Counted from the stretch's first letter, positions 50,320 to 61,155 are shown. The stretch: DNA of 64,000 nucleotides from a bacterium (GCA_027484965.1 JAIXRY010000015.1:91807-155806), one strand, 5' to 3'. A program made the numbers and translations. Notes: a model not told the origin generated them from the sequence alone.

Positions 50320-51768
50320 ATGAAATTTTTTAATTTTTTTACATCTCTCAAGAAAGTATTGTTGTTAAATATATTTATCGCATTTCTTATATTAGTATCA
50401 CTGATTATAGGGATTTTTTTTCTATATAAAGACACGAAGGTTGTATTAAAGGAGCAGCTCTTTAATTCTTTAAATTCTGTTGTTTCTAGCTATGTTAAAG
50501 ATATAGATTATAGAGATGTTGAAAAGCTTTCAAATCCAGAGATGTATACTTCTGATGAGTACAAGAGGGTGGTAAGCACACTTTCAAAAATAGTGAATTA
50601 CTATCCCGAAGTATCTTTTGCTTATATTGAAAAAATACAAAAAAATAAAGAAGGTTCTGAAGAAGTTGTGTTTTTGGCAGATGGATGGTCTTTAAATCCC
50701 TATGCAAATACTGATTCTGATAACACTAACAATATAGATATAAACAGAGATGGATTAATTAGCGAAGATGATGAACTTACTTATATTACAGAAATATATG
50801 AAAATGCTCCAATAAAATCTATAAAAGAGGGTTATAAAAATATTTACATTGATAATACATTTCATACTGATGAATGGGGGAGGTTCATTACTGGATACGC
50901 ACCAATAAAAAATGATATCGGAGAAACTGTAGCTGTCTTGGCTGTAGATATTCGTGATGTTACTTTTGATAAAATACTGGGAAATATATCTCAATTATTT
51001 TTTATATTTTCTTTGGTTGTACTTGGGTCTGTTTTAATATTGCTTAGCTTGTTTTTGGTTGTTTTTATAAAAAAAGAAAATCTAAATAAAACACTTGATG
51101 AAGAGAAATCTCTCGTTATAGGTCTTGTTGGACATGAAATGAAAACACCTCTTGCTCGTATTCGTTGGCTCTTATCTGCTGCGCGTGAAGAGTTGGCTAA
51201 TGGGGATCCTAAGGTTAATAAACATATTAAAGAAGCTTATGATGAGTCAGTAAAAGGTTCAGACTTCTCAAAAATAATACTCGATGTTTCTAGAATTCAA
51301 TTTGGTAAATTAAAATTAAATTTTGAAAAAATAGAATTAAATACAATGGTTCAAGACATAAGAGAAGATGTTGAATTTATGTTTAGAGAGAAAAATGTTC
51401 TTTTTAAGAATGAAGTTCCTGGAATAATTTTTTCTGCTGATCCTTATTATTTCTTACTTGCACTTAAAAATATTATAAGCAATGCTATTAAATATAGTCA
51501 TGATGGTGGGGAAGTTGTTGTATCTGCAAAAGAAAATAAAGACACGCTTGAAATTTCTGTTACTGACTCTGGTATTGGAATTCCAAAAGAAGAAAGAGAA
51601 AAGATTCTTTCTGGGTTTTATCGTGCAATGAATACGAAAGAGACCACAGGGCATGGTTTGGGTATGTATCTTGCTTATCAGATAATAAAACACCACGAAG
51701 GAGAGTTAGAGATCTATTCAGAAGAAGGTAAGGGTTCTAGATTCACTATCGTAATACCAAAAAAATAA
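50320..51768 (+). CDS. sensor histidine kinase
   Basis: Two TMs around a Cache-like domain, HEMKTPL, NAIKYS, DSGIGI, GHGLG. Confidence 0.95.
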   Translation: MKFFNFFTSLKKVLLLNIFIAFLILVSLIIGIFFLYKDTKVVLKEQLFNSLNSVVSSYVKDIDYRDVEKLSNPEMYTSDEYKRVVSTLSKIVNYYPEVSFAYIEKIQKNKEGSEEVVFLADGWSLNPYANTDSDNTNNIDINRDGLISEDDELTYITEIYENAPIKSIKEGYKNIYIDNTFHTDEWGRFITGYAPIKNDIGETVAVLAVDIRDVTFDKILGNISQLFFIFSLVVLGSVLILLSLFLVVFIKKENLNKTLDEEKSLVIGLVGHEMKTPLARIRWLLSAAREELANGDPKVNKHIKEAYDESVKGSDFSKIILDVSRIQFGKLKLNFEKIELNTMVQDIREDVEFMFREKNVLFKNEVPGIIFSADPYYFLLALKNIISNAIKYSHDGGEVVVSAKENKDTLEISVTDSGIGIPKEEREKILSGFYRAMNTKETTGHGLGMYLAYQIIKHHEGELEIYSEEGKGSRFTIVIPKK

Positions 51769-51784
51769 GTATAATTCTAATAAT

Positions 51785-52177
51785 ATGGAAACAAAAAATA
51801 AACATAAAATACTTTTAGTTGAAGATGATCAAACTTTTATTGATTTATTAAGAAATAAATGTCTTGATTCTGGAATCGAAGTCTTTGTTGCTGAAAATGG
51901 TGAACAAGGAATAAAAATTGCTCTTGAAGAAAAACCTGACGTTATTATTACAGACTTAACAATGCCGATAATGGATGGTTTTGAATTTATTAAACAATTA
52001 AGAAATGATGTTTGGGGTAAAAAAGTACCAGTGATCATTCTTTCTAATTATGGTGACTTTGACAGGATTTCAAAGGCTTTAGAGACAGGAGCATTTTATT
52101 ATTTAGTAAAATCTGATGTCGATCAGAATGATGTATTATCTTATATAAATAAAGCTATAGTAGAATCTAAGTCTTAA
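51785..52177 (+). CDS. single-domain response regulator
   Basis: LLVEDD, DLTMPIMDG, ILSN, YLVK. Confidence 0.93.
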   Translation: METKNKHKILLVEDDQTFIDLLRNKCLDSGIEVFVAENGEQGIKIALEEKPDVIITDLTMPIMDGFEFIKQLRNDVWGKKVPVIILSNYGDFDRISKALETGAFYYLVKSDVDQNDVLSYINKAIVESKS

Positions 52178-52184
52178 TCTCTTT

Positions 52185-52781
52185 ATGAAATTAGCATTAC
52201 TTCAGATACTATATATTTTTGTAGTACCTATTGTACTTATCTATACGGGTATTTTACCTGTTGATTTTAGGGTTTTATTATTATTTTTTGTTACCTTACT
52301 TACTGTAGGGATTATGCGTCATGAGAAAATGACTCATGAAGAATCTGGTCTAATAAAACCTTGGTGGAAATATTGGGAATGGTATTTATTGGTACTTGTT
52401 GTTGGATTAGCTTTTACTGTGTATCTTTCTAATTTTATACCAGAGAGAAAAATTATACCTATCTGGAAAAACGTAAGACTTCTAACTCTCTTTATTCCCA
52501 TATCAATTCTTCAAGAAGTTTTATATAGAAGTTTTTTGATGCACAAATTAAAGAGTCTGTTTAATAATATGTGGACAGTTATTCTTGCTAATACATTTTT
52601 ATTTACTTTACTCCATATTATTTATCCACATAAAGAAATAATGCTACCTTTTGCATTTTCTGGTGGTATTGTTTTTGCTTATATATATTACAAAAAACCA
52701 AACATTGTTTTGATTTCAATTCTGCATGCAATACTTAATTTCACGGCTGTATATTTAGGGTTTTTTGTTATACCTTCTTAG
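52185..52781 (+). CDS. CPBP (Abi/CAAX) family intramembrane protease
   Basis: QEVLYR, FTLLH, HAILN motifs. Confidence 0.85.
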   Translation: MKLALLQILYIFVVPIVLIYTGILPVDFRVLLLFFVTLLTVGIMRHEKMTHEESGLIKPWWKYWEWYLLVLVVGLAFTVYLSNFIPERKIIPIWKNVRLLTLFIPISILQEVLYRSFLMHKLKSLFNNMWTVILANTFLFTLLHIIYPHKEIMLPFAFSGGIVFAYIYYKKPNIVLISILHAILNFTAVYLGFFVIPS

Positions 52782-52800
52782 ATTTTTCTTGTGATATAAT

Positions 52801-53628
52801 ATGTCCATGCGTTTCATAAAAAATACTTTTTTATGTAGTATTATGTTTTTCTCTGTCTTGAGTACCACTCAAGTTTTTGCTAGTGATAATACATCTGTCG
52901 GATTTATACAAAATCCAATATGGTTTTCAAAAGACTATATTGTAAGTGGTGATGGTGTTAAAATATATACACTAATCTATAATGGTAGTTCTGATCAATT
53001 AAAAGGAATGGTTGTCTTTTATAATGGAAAAGTAGTCTTGGGTAGGAGAGAAATTATTGTTCCTGGTAAAAGCGTAAAAGACGTTTCTATTGATTGGAAG
53101 CCTGTTTCGGGAACATACAAAGTCAGAGCTCTTCTTGAGAATCCACGATTGATAGATCTGCGCGGAGTAGAATTAAAAACTGTCGATATTTCAGAAGAAA
53201 CAAAAGAAAATGTTGTCGAAGTAAAAGAAAAAGAATTAGTTAAAGCTGAGCAAAATATAAAAGATTCAGGAACAGAAAATATTTCAAAACAATTTAGCGA
53301 TCTTGGGACAAGTCTTGCTACTGATATACCAAAAACAGCTTCGAATATATTTACAAAAATAGACAGAGCTCGGTCTGATAGTGCGGACTTTTTAGAAAAA
53401 CAAAAAGATATTGCAGAACAAGAAAAAAATAAACCAGTAGTAAAGAGTGATTCTGTAGAATCAAAAAAACCTTCATTTATACCTGACAATCCGTTCGCAA
53501 TTGCAAAATATTACTTATATACAGTAGCTCTCTTTGTTTTTAATATAAAAGTTATATTTTTTAGCTTACTAATCTTAATACTATATTTCTTAATACGTTT
53601 TGTATACAGAAAAATAAAAAACAGATAA
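52801..53628 (+). CDS. secreted Ig-like protein with C-terminal membrane anchor
   Basis: Signal peptide VFA, IWFSK...W.P.SG.Y.V, C-terminal TM and basic tail. Confidence 0.65.
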   Translation: MSMRFIKNTFLCSIMFFSVLSTTQVFASDNTSVGFIQNPIWFSKDYIVSGDGVKIYTLIYNGSSDQLKGMVVFYNGKVVLGRREIIVPGKSVKDVSIDWKPVSGTYKVRALLENPRLIDLRGVELKTVDISEETKENVVEVKEKELVKAEQNIKDSGTENISKQFSDLGTSLATDIPKTASNIFTKIDRARSDSADFLEKQKDIAEQEKNKPVVKSDSVESKKPSFIPDNPFAIAKYYLYTVALFVFNIKVIFFSLLILILYFLIRFVYRKIKNR

Positions 53629-53632
53629 ATAT

Positions 53633-54760
53633 ATGAATCCACTAGAATTCCATCAAAAAAATAAAGGGAAAATACAAATATCTCTTATAGAACCTTTAAC
53701 AAAAGAAAATTTACCACTTGCATATACTCCTGGAGTTGCGGAAGTGTCTCTTGCTATATCAAAAAATAAAGAATTGGTTAATGAATATACTTGGAAAAAT
53801 AGAGTCGTCGCTGTTGTTACTGACGGTTCTGCAGTGCTCGGTCTTGGCAATCTTGGTCCAGAAGCATCTTTTCCTGTTATGGAAGGAAAAGCTGCCTTAT
53901 TTAAACAATTTGCAAATGTAGATGCTGTTCCGATCTGTCTTGATACTCAAGACACAGAAGAGATAATAAAAGCAGTTATTGCGATAGCACCATCATTCGG
54001 AGGAATTAATTTGGAAGACATATCTGCTCCTAGGTGTTTTGAGATAGAAAGAGCTCTTAGAGAGAAACTATCTATTCCAGTAATGCATGATGATCAGCAT
54101 GGCACAGCCACTGTTGTTTTAGCTGGACTCATAAATTCTCTCAAGCTTCGAGATTCTAAAATCGATGAAATTAAAATCGTACTTTCTGGTGCAGGCGCTG
54201 CTGGAATTGCTATCACAGAACTTCTTGTTGTAGCAGGTGTAAGACATATAGCACTTGTCGATAGTCATGGAGTTATGACAAATACTCGAGAAGATTTAAA
54301 TTTAGAAAAGAAAAAACTTCTTGAAAAAATAGGCGAACCTTGGACAACTGGAAGTCTGTCAGATATTCTTGCTGGCGCAGATGTTTTTGTGGGTGTAAGT
54401 AAAGCAGGAGTTCTTACTGAAGATATGATAAGAATAATGGCTAAAGACCCAATCATTTTTGCTCTTGCAAATCCAACTCCAGAAATATTCCCAGAGCAAG
54501 CGATAAGTGCTGGAGCTCTGATCGTATCTACTGGACGTTCAGATTTTCCAAATCAAATAAACAACGTTCTTGCTTTCCCGGGTATTTTTAAAGGAGCTCT
54601 AGAAAACAGGCTTTCACAGTTTACAGACGAACATTTCTTGAAAGTAGCGCACGCTTTAGCTTCTCTTGTAGAAAATCCTACAAGAGAAAATATTTTACCT
54701 GGAGCGTTTGATGAGCGTGTAGTGAGTGCTGTGTCTTCTATATTTAAAGATGAAAAATAA
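53633..54760 (+). CDS. NAD(P)-dependent malic enzyme
   Basis: [40 protein letters not shown]. Confidence 0.95.
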   Translation: MNPLEFHQKNKGKIQISLIEPLTKENLPLAYTPGVAEVSLAISKNKELVNEYTWKNRVVAVVTDGSAVLGLGNLGPEASFPVMEGKAALFKQFANVDAVPICLDTQDTEEIIKAVIAIAPSFGGINLEDISAPRCFEIERALREKLSIPVMHDDQHGTATVVLAGLINSLKLRDSKIDEIKIVLSGAGAAGIAITELLVVAGVRHIALVDSHGVMTNTREDLNLEKKKLLEKIGEPWTTGSLSDILAGADVFVGVSKAGVLTEDMIRIMAKDPIIFALANPTPEIFPEQAISAGALIVSTGRSDFPNQINNVLAFPGIFKGALENRLSQFTDEHFLKVAHALASLVENPTRENILPGAFDERVVSAVSSIFKDEK

Positions 54761-55043
54761 TAAACTTAATACAAATAATAAATTATTAAAAACCATTCTG
54801 TTGGCTATCAGTGGAATTATTTTTCCTTTTTATGTTGGATCTCTTTTTTTGTTTGGAGGTATTATAATGAATTGGTTTGGTTTAACAACTGCATTGTTTT
54901 TTGCTCTTTTGAGAGTTTCTTTATTTGCAAGTGGTGCCCGCAATTTTTTCTTTGAAGGTTTTTTGATTATAGGTGCATCTTTGTGTATTTTAATTATTAA
55001 AAAGTATACAAGAAAAAATACTACTTCATATGAGTTTATTTAG
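54750..55043 (+). CDS. small membrane protein
   Basis: Hydrophobic ORF overlapping both neighbours, immediately upstream of PBP2. Confidence 0.5.
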   Translation: MKNNKLNTNNKLLKTILLAISGIIFPFYVGSLFLFGGIIMNWFGLTTALFFALLRVSLFASGARNFFFEGFLIIGASLCILIIKKYTRKNTTSYEFI

Positions 55044-56706
55044 GAAAAAAAGAAAAAAATATAGGGATGTTGATCCAGATGAAATATTGATTGACGCACA
55101 AAATCTCCCAAACTTTAATAGGCAACAATTTGAAGGGAGACTAGAAAAAGCAATTAAAGAAAAACCTTTTTTTATTTTTGGATTTTTTGTTACTGTCGTA
55201 TTTATTATTTTTTCCGGTAGGCTTTTTTACATTCAAGTTATACAGGGTGACGAATATTTGGCCAAGAGTGAAAGAAATAGTTTAAACACTACTCCTATTT
55301 TTGCTGACCGTGGAATTATATATGATAGAAATAAAGTAGAACTTGCTTGGAATGAAAGACTTATTCCAGAACAACCTTTTGCTGATCGTGTATACATAAA
55401 ACAACCCGGATTCGCTCATTTGCTTGGCTATATAAAATATCCAGAAAAAGATAGTTCTGGTAATTTTTGGAGAGATTCTTTTATTGCAAAAGATGGAATT
55501 GAAAAGATATACAGCAAACTTCTTGAAGGAAAAAATGGTGTAAAAATATTTGAGGAAGATGTTTATGGAAATACATATTCAGAAAACACAATCAATCCAC
55601 CAATTCATGGTACGGACCTTATGCTCTCTATCGACTCTAAAGTGCAAGAGGGTCTTTATAAAGGAATTGAAAATCTTGCCCAAAGTTCTGGATATCGTGG
55701 AGGAGGAGGAATTATTATTGATGTAGATACTGGTGATGTCTTAGCAATGACAAGTTATCCAGAATATGACCCTAATATTTTATCAAAAGGTGAAGATCAA
55801 AATATTATTAAAGGTTATTTAGAAGATTCAAGAAGGGTTTTTATTAATCGTGTCTTGTCTGGTGTTTATACTCCAGGATCTATTGTTAAACCTTTTGTAG
55901 CTATAGGTGCTCTTAATGAACGTATTATAGATCCTCGTACTCAGATTTTGAGCACAGGAAAACTCGTCATTCCAAACATATACGGAGGTCCAGATAGTAT
56001 TTTTAAAGACTGGAAAGCTCATGGATATGTTGATATGAGGGAGTCTATCGCAGTTTCTTCTAATATATATTTTTATGAAATCGGTGGGGGGTATAAAGAC
56101 CAAAAGGGTCTAGGAATTGCAAACATTGAAAAGTATTCAAAAGCTTTTGGTATTGGTAAGAAGAGTGGTATTGATTTACCAAATGAACTTTCTGGTGTTA
56201 TTCCAAATATCGAATGGAAAAAGAAAAACTTTCCAAATGATCCTTGGAGAATTGGAAATACATATCACACAGCTATTGGTCAGTATGGTTTTCAAGTAAC
56301 ACCAATACAAATGGCTCGTGCTACAGCAGCTATTGTAAATGGAGGTAATCTTGTAACCCCTGGTCTTATCTTGAATGCGGCCAGACCAAAAGAACATATT
56401 GATATAATAAAAGACGAAAATGATTACAAAGTTGTGCAAGAGGGAATGCGACAGGTTGTGACAGATGGTACAGGTACTTCAATGAAAGCTTTTTCTGTGG
56501 CTGCTAAGTCAGGAACGGCTCAAGTTGGAGTTTCTAAAGATAGAGTCAATTCTTGGATAATTGGATTTTTCCCTTATGAAAACCCAAAATATGCATTTGC
56601 TATTTTGATGGAGAGTGGAACAGCAAATCAAGTTGCAAGTGCTTCTAATGCGATGAAATATACTCTTGAATGGATGCAGATGAATACTCCTGAGTATTTG
56701 AAATAA
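55030..56706 (+). CDS. mrdA: penicillin-binding protein 2 (class B)
   Basis: TM, RGIIYDRN, PGSIVK (SxxK), SSN, KSGTAQ. Confidence 0.88.
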   Translation: MSLFRKKRKKYRDVDPDEILIDAQNLPNFNRQQFEGRLEKAIKEKPFFIFGFFVTVVFIIFSGRLFYIQVIQGDEYLAKSERNSLNTTPIFADRGIIYDRNKVELAWNERLIPEQPFADRVYIKQPGFAHLLGYIKYPEKDSSGNFWRDSFIAKDGIEKIYSKLLEGKNGVKIFEEDVYGNTYSENTINPPIHGTDLMLSIDSKVQEGLYKGIENLAQSSGYRGGGGIIIDVDTGDVLAMTSYPEYDPNILSKGEDQNIIKGYLEDSRRVFINRVLSGVYTPGSIVKPFVAIGALNERIIDPRTQILSTGKLVIPNIYGGPDSIFKDWKAHGYVDMRESIAVSSNIYFYEIGGGYKDQKGLGIANIEKYSKAFGIGKKSGIDLPNELSGVIPNIEWKKKNFPNDPWRIGNTYHTAIGQYGFQVTPIQMARATAAIVNGGNLVTPGLILNAARPKEHIDIIKDENDYKVVQEGMRQVVTDGTGTSMKAFSVAAKSGTAQVGVSKDRVNSWIIGFFPYENPKYAFAILMESGTANQVASASNAMKYTLEWMQMNTPEYLK

Positions 56707-56713
56707 AAATCCT

Positions 56714-56753
56714 AAAAAGGCCTGATTTTGCTTCGCAAAATCAGGCCTTTTTT
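56714..56753 (+). terminator. intrinsic terminator
   Basis: aaaaaggcctgattttgc-ttc-gcaaaatcaggcctttttt. Confidence 0.85.
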
Positions 56754-56804
56754 CTGTAAACATTTTTATTTGAACTTAGTATCGTTTTGATGTACTATAC
56801 CTCT

Positions 56805-57272
56805 ATGGAATACGAAAAAGACTATATCACTAAAGAAAAGAAAGCAGCTCTAGAAGAGGAGCTGGAATTTCTTCGTAGTACAAAAAGACGCGAAATTTTA
56901 ACGCAACTTGAGTATGCGAAAGCTTTAGGTGACTTATCAGAAAATGCTGAATATCACGAAGCTCGTGAACTCCAAGGAAAAAATGAAGATCGTATAAAAA
57001 TTATCGATCACGTTTTAAGAAATTCTATTGTAATGTCAGACAATCGCGTAACGGATATTGTTGTTATGGGTTCTACAGTTACTGTTATTGCTGATGACGG
57101 GAAAGAAAAAACTTTTCAAATTGTAGGAAAAGAAGATGCTGATATTTTAGAAGGAAGGATATCTCACCACTCACCACTTGGGACTGCATTGTTTGGAGGA
57201 CGTGTTGGAGATAATGTTGAATTCTCAACACCTAGAGGAACTACACTATATAAAATAAAAGAAATAATGTAA
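56805..57272 (+). CDS. greA: transcription elongation factor GreA
   Basis: GDLSENAEY, ISHHSPLG.AL. Confidence 0.96.
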   Translation: MEYEKDYITKEKKAALEEELEFLRSTKRREILTQLEYAKALGDLSENAEYHEARELQGKNEDRIKIIDHVLRNSIVMSDNRVTDIVVMGSTVTVIADDGKEKTFQIVGKEDADILEGRISHHSPLGTALFGGRVGDNVEFSTPRGTTLYKIKEIM

Positions 57273-57283
57273 TATAGAGTATT

Positions 57284-58771
57284 ATGGCATCACTCGAAGA
57301 ATTACGTTTAGCTCGTTTGCAAAAAAAGTCGCTTCTAGAACAATCTGGAATGTCTCCTTATGCAACACAAGTAGAAAGAACTCATACAACAAATGAAGCT
57401 TTAGAGCAGTTTGATATGCTCTCATCACAAAATTCAATTGTTACTGTGGTTGGAAGAGTTATGGCGCTTCGTGGTCAAGGTGCAATCATGTTTTTCAATG
57501 TTAAAGATGGAAGTGGTATTATCCAATGCTGTATTAAGAAGGATGAAATTTCAGAACTTCTTATGAGTCTTTTTGTAGATACTGTTGATATTGGAGACTT
57601 TGTTCAAGTTTCTGGAACTTTGTTTGAAACAAAAACAGGACAAAAGACAATTCTTATTACTGACTGGATAATGCTTACAAAGACACTCAGGCCACTTCCT
57701 GATAAATGGCACGGTCTTCAAGATGTAGAAGAAACATATCGCAAAAGATATCTTGATGCACTGATGGATGATTCTGTTCATAATCGTTTTATCGTTCGTG
57801 CAAAAGTCATAAAGGCCATTCGTGCATTCTTTGATGATCTTGGTTTCTTAGAAATAGAGACTCCAATACTCCAAACACAAGCAGGAGGTGCAATGGCTCG
57901 CGTTTTTGAAACTTTCCATAACGATTACCAAATCCCAATAGTTCTTCGTATTGCGCTTGAACTTGATCACAAGATTTTGACTGCTGCAGGATATGAACGT
58001 ATTTATGAAATAGGAAAGAACTTTAGAAATGAGGGTTCTGATCCTACACATATTCAAGAATTTACAATGATGGAATGGTACGCAGCTTATGCGTCTCTCG
58101 AAGAAAATCTAGATTGGACAGAAGCGCTTCTTCGTCATCTCGCTCAAGACATTGTTGGTAAAACAACATTTAGCGTTTTTGATAAAGAGGGAAATGAGCA
58201 TACTGTATATTTTGATGGTGCGTGGACTCGTATAAAATTCGCTGATCTTTTGAAAGAGTATGCAGATTTCGATATGAATTCTTCTACACTTGATGATATT
58301 CGTGACAAAGCAATACAACTTGGTCTTGATAAAAATGAATCACTAAAAATAGGAAAGGGAAACTTGCTTGATTATATTTTTAAAAAGACCGCTCGTCCAA
58401 AACTTATTCAACCAACATTTGTTCTTGACTATCCAAGTGACTTGAAACCTCTTGCTCAGCAAAATGAAAATGGTACAGCTCGTGTTGCACAGCTCGTGAT
58501 TGCAGGTGCCGAGATTACAAATCAATATGCCGAACTCGTTGACCCAATACTAGAGAGAAATCTTCTCGAAGAGCAAGCTAGTGCAAAAGAAGGTGGTGAC
58601 GATGAAGCGATGTCTGTCGATGAAAGATTCCTTACAGCAATGGAGCATGGTATGCCTCCAATGACAGGTTTTGGAATGGGGATTGATAGACTGGTAGCAC
58701 TTTTCACTGAACAGCGAAATCTGCGCGATGTTATCTTCTTTCCAATAATGAAACCAAAAAGTGACGAATAA
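57284..58771 (+). CDS. lysS: lysine--tRNA ligase (class II)
   Basis: LPDKWHGL, YRKRYLD, FRNEG...H..EF, GMPPMTGFGMGIDR. Confidence 0.97.
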   Translation: MASLEELRLARLQKKSLLEQSGMSPYATQVERTHTTNEALEQFDMLSSQNSIVTVVGRVMALRGQGAIMFFNVKDGSGIIQCCIKKDEISELLMSLFVDTVDIGDFVQVSGTLFETKTGQKTILITDWIMLTKTLRPLPDKWHGLQDVEETYRKRYLDALMDDSVHNRFIVRAKVIKAIRAFFDDLGFLEIETPILQTQAGGAMARVFETFHNDYQIPIVLRIALELDHKILTAAGYERIYEIGKNFRNEGSDPTHIQEFTMMEWYAAYASLEENLDWTEALLRHLAQDIVGKTTFSVFDKEGNEHTVYFDGAWTRIKFADLLKEYADFDMNSSTLDDIRDKAIQLGLDKNESLKIGKGNLLDYIFKKTARPKLIQPTFVLDYPSDLKPLAQQNENGTARVAQLVIAGAEITNQYAELVDPILERNLLEEQASAKEGGDDEAMSVDERFLTAMEHGMPPMTGFGMGIDRLVALFTEQRNLRDVIFFPIMKPKSDE

Positions 58772-58798
58772 AAAAACCTCCCAATTGGGAGGTTTTTT
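58771..58798 (+). terminator. intrinsic terminator
   Basis: aaaaaacctccca-at-tgggaggtttttt. Confidence 0.8.
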
Positions 58799-58846
58799 GT
58801 AGATAATTTATAAAAAATAAAACCTTATTTGTTAAACAAATAAGGT

Positions 58847-59092
58847 TTAATAATTAAATTCGTACTGAGCTTTGTCATCCACAATTTCTTCGTGTATCTT
58901 GGATATTATCCAAGATTTAATGCCGTGACATTTTTTTATCATTTTTAGGAAAGCTTTCCTTTTTCTAGATAAAAGCATGCGTGCTTTTTTTTGATATGCT
59001 GCGATAAGGTCTTTTACTGAACCATCATCTATTGTAGAGTGTGTTTTTTTAAGCTCATTAAGAATTTCTGTTTCCAAAAATCTTTTTTTCAT
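58847..59092 (-). CDS. hypothetical protein
   Basis: 81-aa ORF; TTGACA-like element upstream on the minus strand. Confidence 0.45.
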   Translation of the reverse strand: MKKRFLETEILNELKKTHSTIDDGSVKDLIAAYQKKARMLLSRKRKAFLKMIKKCHGIKSWIISKIHEEIVDDKAQYEFNY

Positions 59093-59226
59093 GGCGTTAT
59101 TTTTTCTATATTAATCATATATTTTATATATTTTTTGTCAAATGAATATTTGTATTTTACCAAAGAATGAGGTTTCTACTTTTAAAATACATTACGGAGG
59201 CAAAATTTCTTAAATATTTAATTGGT

Positions 59227-59350
59227 AGTTTTTGTATTTTACTATCAAGCGAGGTTACTCCTCTAGAACGACATTTCGCAGCCGGGCAGGCGAGAATAGT
59301 AATTTCGTAGCAACAAAATATACGCGTCCTTCTAGAGGAGTGGCCGAGCG
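59227..59350 (+). repeat. structured GC-rich intergenic element, copy B
   Basis: ggttactcctctagaa/ttctagaggagtggcc stem; homologous to the reverse complement of 22961-23090. Confidence 0.65.
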
Positions 59351-59375
59351 CCACTTATCCACACAGATTCTTTTG

Positions 59376-59428
59376 AAAGTGGGGTACAAGTGGTGTAAAA
59401 TGGTAACAAGTGGGATGAAGTGGGAAAT
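59376..59428 (+). promoter_or_regulatory. MraZ-binding direct repeats
   Basis: aagtgg/aaatgg repeats at ~10-11-nt spacing directly upstream of mraZ, as known for MraZ GTGG(G) sites. Confidence 0.75.
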
Positions 59429-59468
59429 TTGACGGCATCAATTTTCTCCAAATCTTGCGAAGAATTAT

Positions 59469-59903
59469 ATGCTTATTGGCGAATACACACACACCCTTGA
59501 TGAAAAAAAACGCATTTCGCTTCCTATAAAGTTCCGAAAGGAGCTTGGGAATGAAGTGGTTATTACTCCAGGGCTTGATCAATGTTTATTTGTCTTTCCA
59601 ATAAGTGAATGGGAAAAGATTTCTTTAAAGTTATCAGATACATCAATTCTTCAAAAAGACCCACGAAGTTTTAATCGTCATTTCTTTGGGCAAGCCTCTG
59701 TTGTAGATGTGGATACGAATGGTCGTATTCTTCTACCAGAACGTCTAAAAGGAAAAGCAGGTTTAAGTAAAAATGTTGTCTTTATTGGCGTTCAAAGCCG
59801 TGTCGAAATGTGGGATGAAGCAACGTGGATATCTTACCGTGATGAAATAGAAAAAGGTGCTGACGATCTTGCCGAGAAGCTTGGCAGTGTCGGTATCTTA
59901 TAG
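59469..59903 (+). CDS. mraZ: division/cell wall cluster regulator MraZ
   Basis: GEY.HTLDEK.R, D..GRILLP, FIG...RVEMWD. Confidence 0.96.
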   Translation: MLIGEYTHTLDEKKRISLPIKFRKELGNEVVITPGLDQCLFVFPISEWEKISLKLSDTSILQKDPRSFNRHFFGQASVVDVDTNGRILLPERLKGKAGLSKNVVFIGVQSRVEMWDEATWISYRDEIEKGADDLAEKLGSVGIL

Positions 59904-59910
59904 AAGGAAT

Positions 59911-60804
59911 ATGACACATATTCCTGTACTTTTAAAAGAAGCTGTTCTCGGACTTGACCTTAAGTCAGGGAACACTTATCTCGATGGAACACTTGGTTCT
60001 GGGGGTCATGCACGTTTTGTGTGTGAACATTTTGGCCCGTCAATTCGTGTTATTGGTATTGACCGTGACTTAGATGCGATTAATCGTGCAGAGGGAACGT
60101 TCAAATATCTTCCAAACGAACACCATTTTGTTCTTGATGAATTTCGCAACTTAGACAATGTGCTTTCAAATTTACATATTGAAAAAGTTGACGGAATTCT
60201 TTTCGATTTAGGTATAAGTTCTCCTCATGTTGATACATCAGGTAGAGGATTCTCTTTTATGAGAGATGAACCTCTTCTTATGACTATGCAAAAAGATCCA
60301 AAAGAGGATGTAATGACCGCATACGATATTGTAAATACATGGGCGGAAGAGAACTTGGAAACTATACTTCGATATTATGGCGAAGAAAAATATTCACGTC
60401 GTATTGCTCGAAATATAGTCTCAAAAAGAGAAGAAAAACCAATCAAAACAACCTTTGAATTAGTTGCCATCATTAAAGAAGCTGTTCCTGCTCTGTATCG
60501 TTTTGGGAGAATACATCCAGCAACAAGAACTTTCCAAGCAATAAGAATCGCTGTTAATGATGAATTAGAGAATATAAAAGAAGGTTTGAAAAAAGGTTTT
60601 GATTCTCTTGCACCAGGAGGCACATTCGCAGTTATTAGTTTTCATTCTCTTGAAGATAGAATTGTAAAACATTTCTTTCAAGATAAAGTAAAAGAAGAAA
60701 CTGCATTTTTAATACAACGAAAGCCTATCATTCCGACAGATGAAGAAATAGAAAGTAATCCAAGGTCACGAAGTTCGAAGTTGCGCATTATTAGAAAATT
60801 ATAA
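59911..60804 (+). CDS. rsmH: 16S rRNA m4C1402 methyltransferase
   Basis: HIPVL, DGTLGSGGH, DLGISS, RGFSF, SFHSLEDR, NPRSRS. Confidence 0.97.
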   Translation: MTHIPVLLKEAVLGLDLKSGNTYLDGTLGSGGHARFVCEHFGPSIRVIGIDRDLDAINRAEGTFKYLPNEHHFVLDEFRNLDNVLSNLHIEKVDGILFDLGISSPHVDTSGRGFSFMRDEPLLMTMQKDPKEDVMTAYDIVNTWAEENLETILRYYGEEKYSRRIARNIVSKREEKPIKTTFELVAIIKEAVPALYRFGRIHPATRTFQAIRIAVNDELENIKEGLKKGFDSLAPGGTFAVISFHSLEDRIVKHFFQDKVKEETAFLIQRKPIIPTDEEIESNPRSRSSKLRIIRKL

Positions 60805-60816
60805 CCACTATTATTT

Positions 60817-61155
60817 ATGTCACTATCACAAACAAAAGAAAGAGTAATAGATATCTTTAATGGATCTCTTGAACGATTTGTTCGTTCTGCTATGATTCTA
60901 TCTGCTGCTTTATTTTTTGTGTACGTGATTGTAGTCGGGCTAATTACTTTTAGTGTGGTTCACCGAAAAACCGTTCAAGGGCAAACAAAACAACTTCGCT
61001 CTGATATTGCTTCACTTGAGCTTTCATATCTTGCACAAGCAAATACTATTGATATGGCGTATGTACAAACACTTGGTTATACCGAGGTTAAAAATCCTAC
61101 ATATACCAATCGCACAGAAGGTCTAGCATTGCTTAGTACTCATGAATCTCTCTAA
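60817..61155 (+). CDS. FtsL-like cell division protein
   Basis: Between rsmH and ftsI; TM plus coiled coil plus LGY. Confidence 0.6.
   Translation: MSLSQTKERVIDIFNGSLERFVRSAMILSAALFFVYVIVVGLITFSVVHRKTVQGQTKQLRSDIASLELSYLAQANTIDMAYVQTLGYTEVKNPTYTNRTEGLALLSTHESL

Noticed and set aside
59245-59350. SRP (4.5S) RNA
   Set aside because: Rod-like and of similar size, but lacks the conserved helix-8 CAGG...GGAA...AGCAG motif
59157-59582. Short ORFs upstream of and antisense to mraZ
   Set aside because: Overlap the structured element, MraZ boxes and mraZ; no protein features
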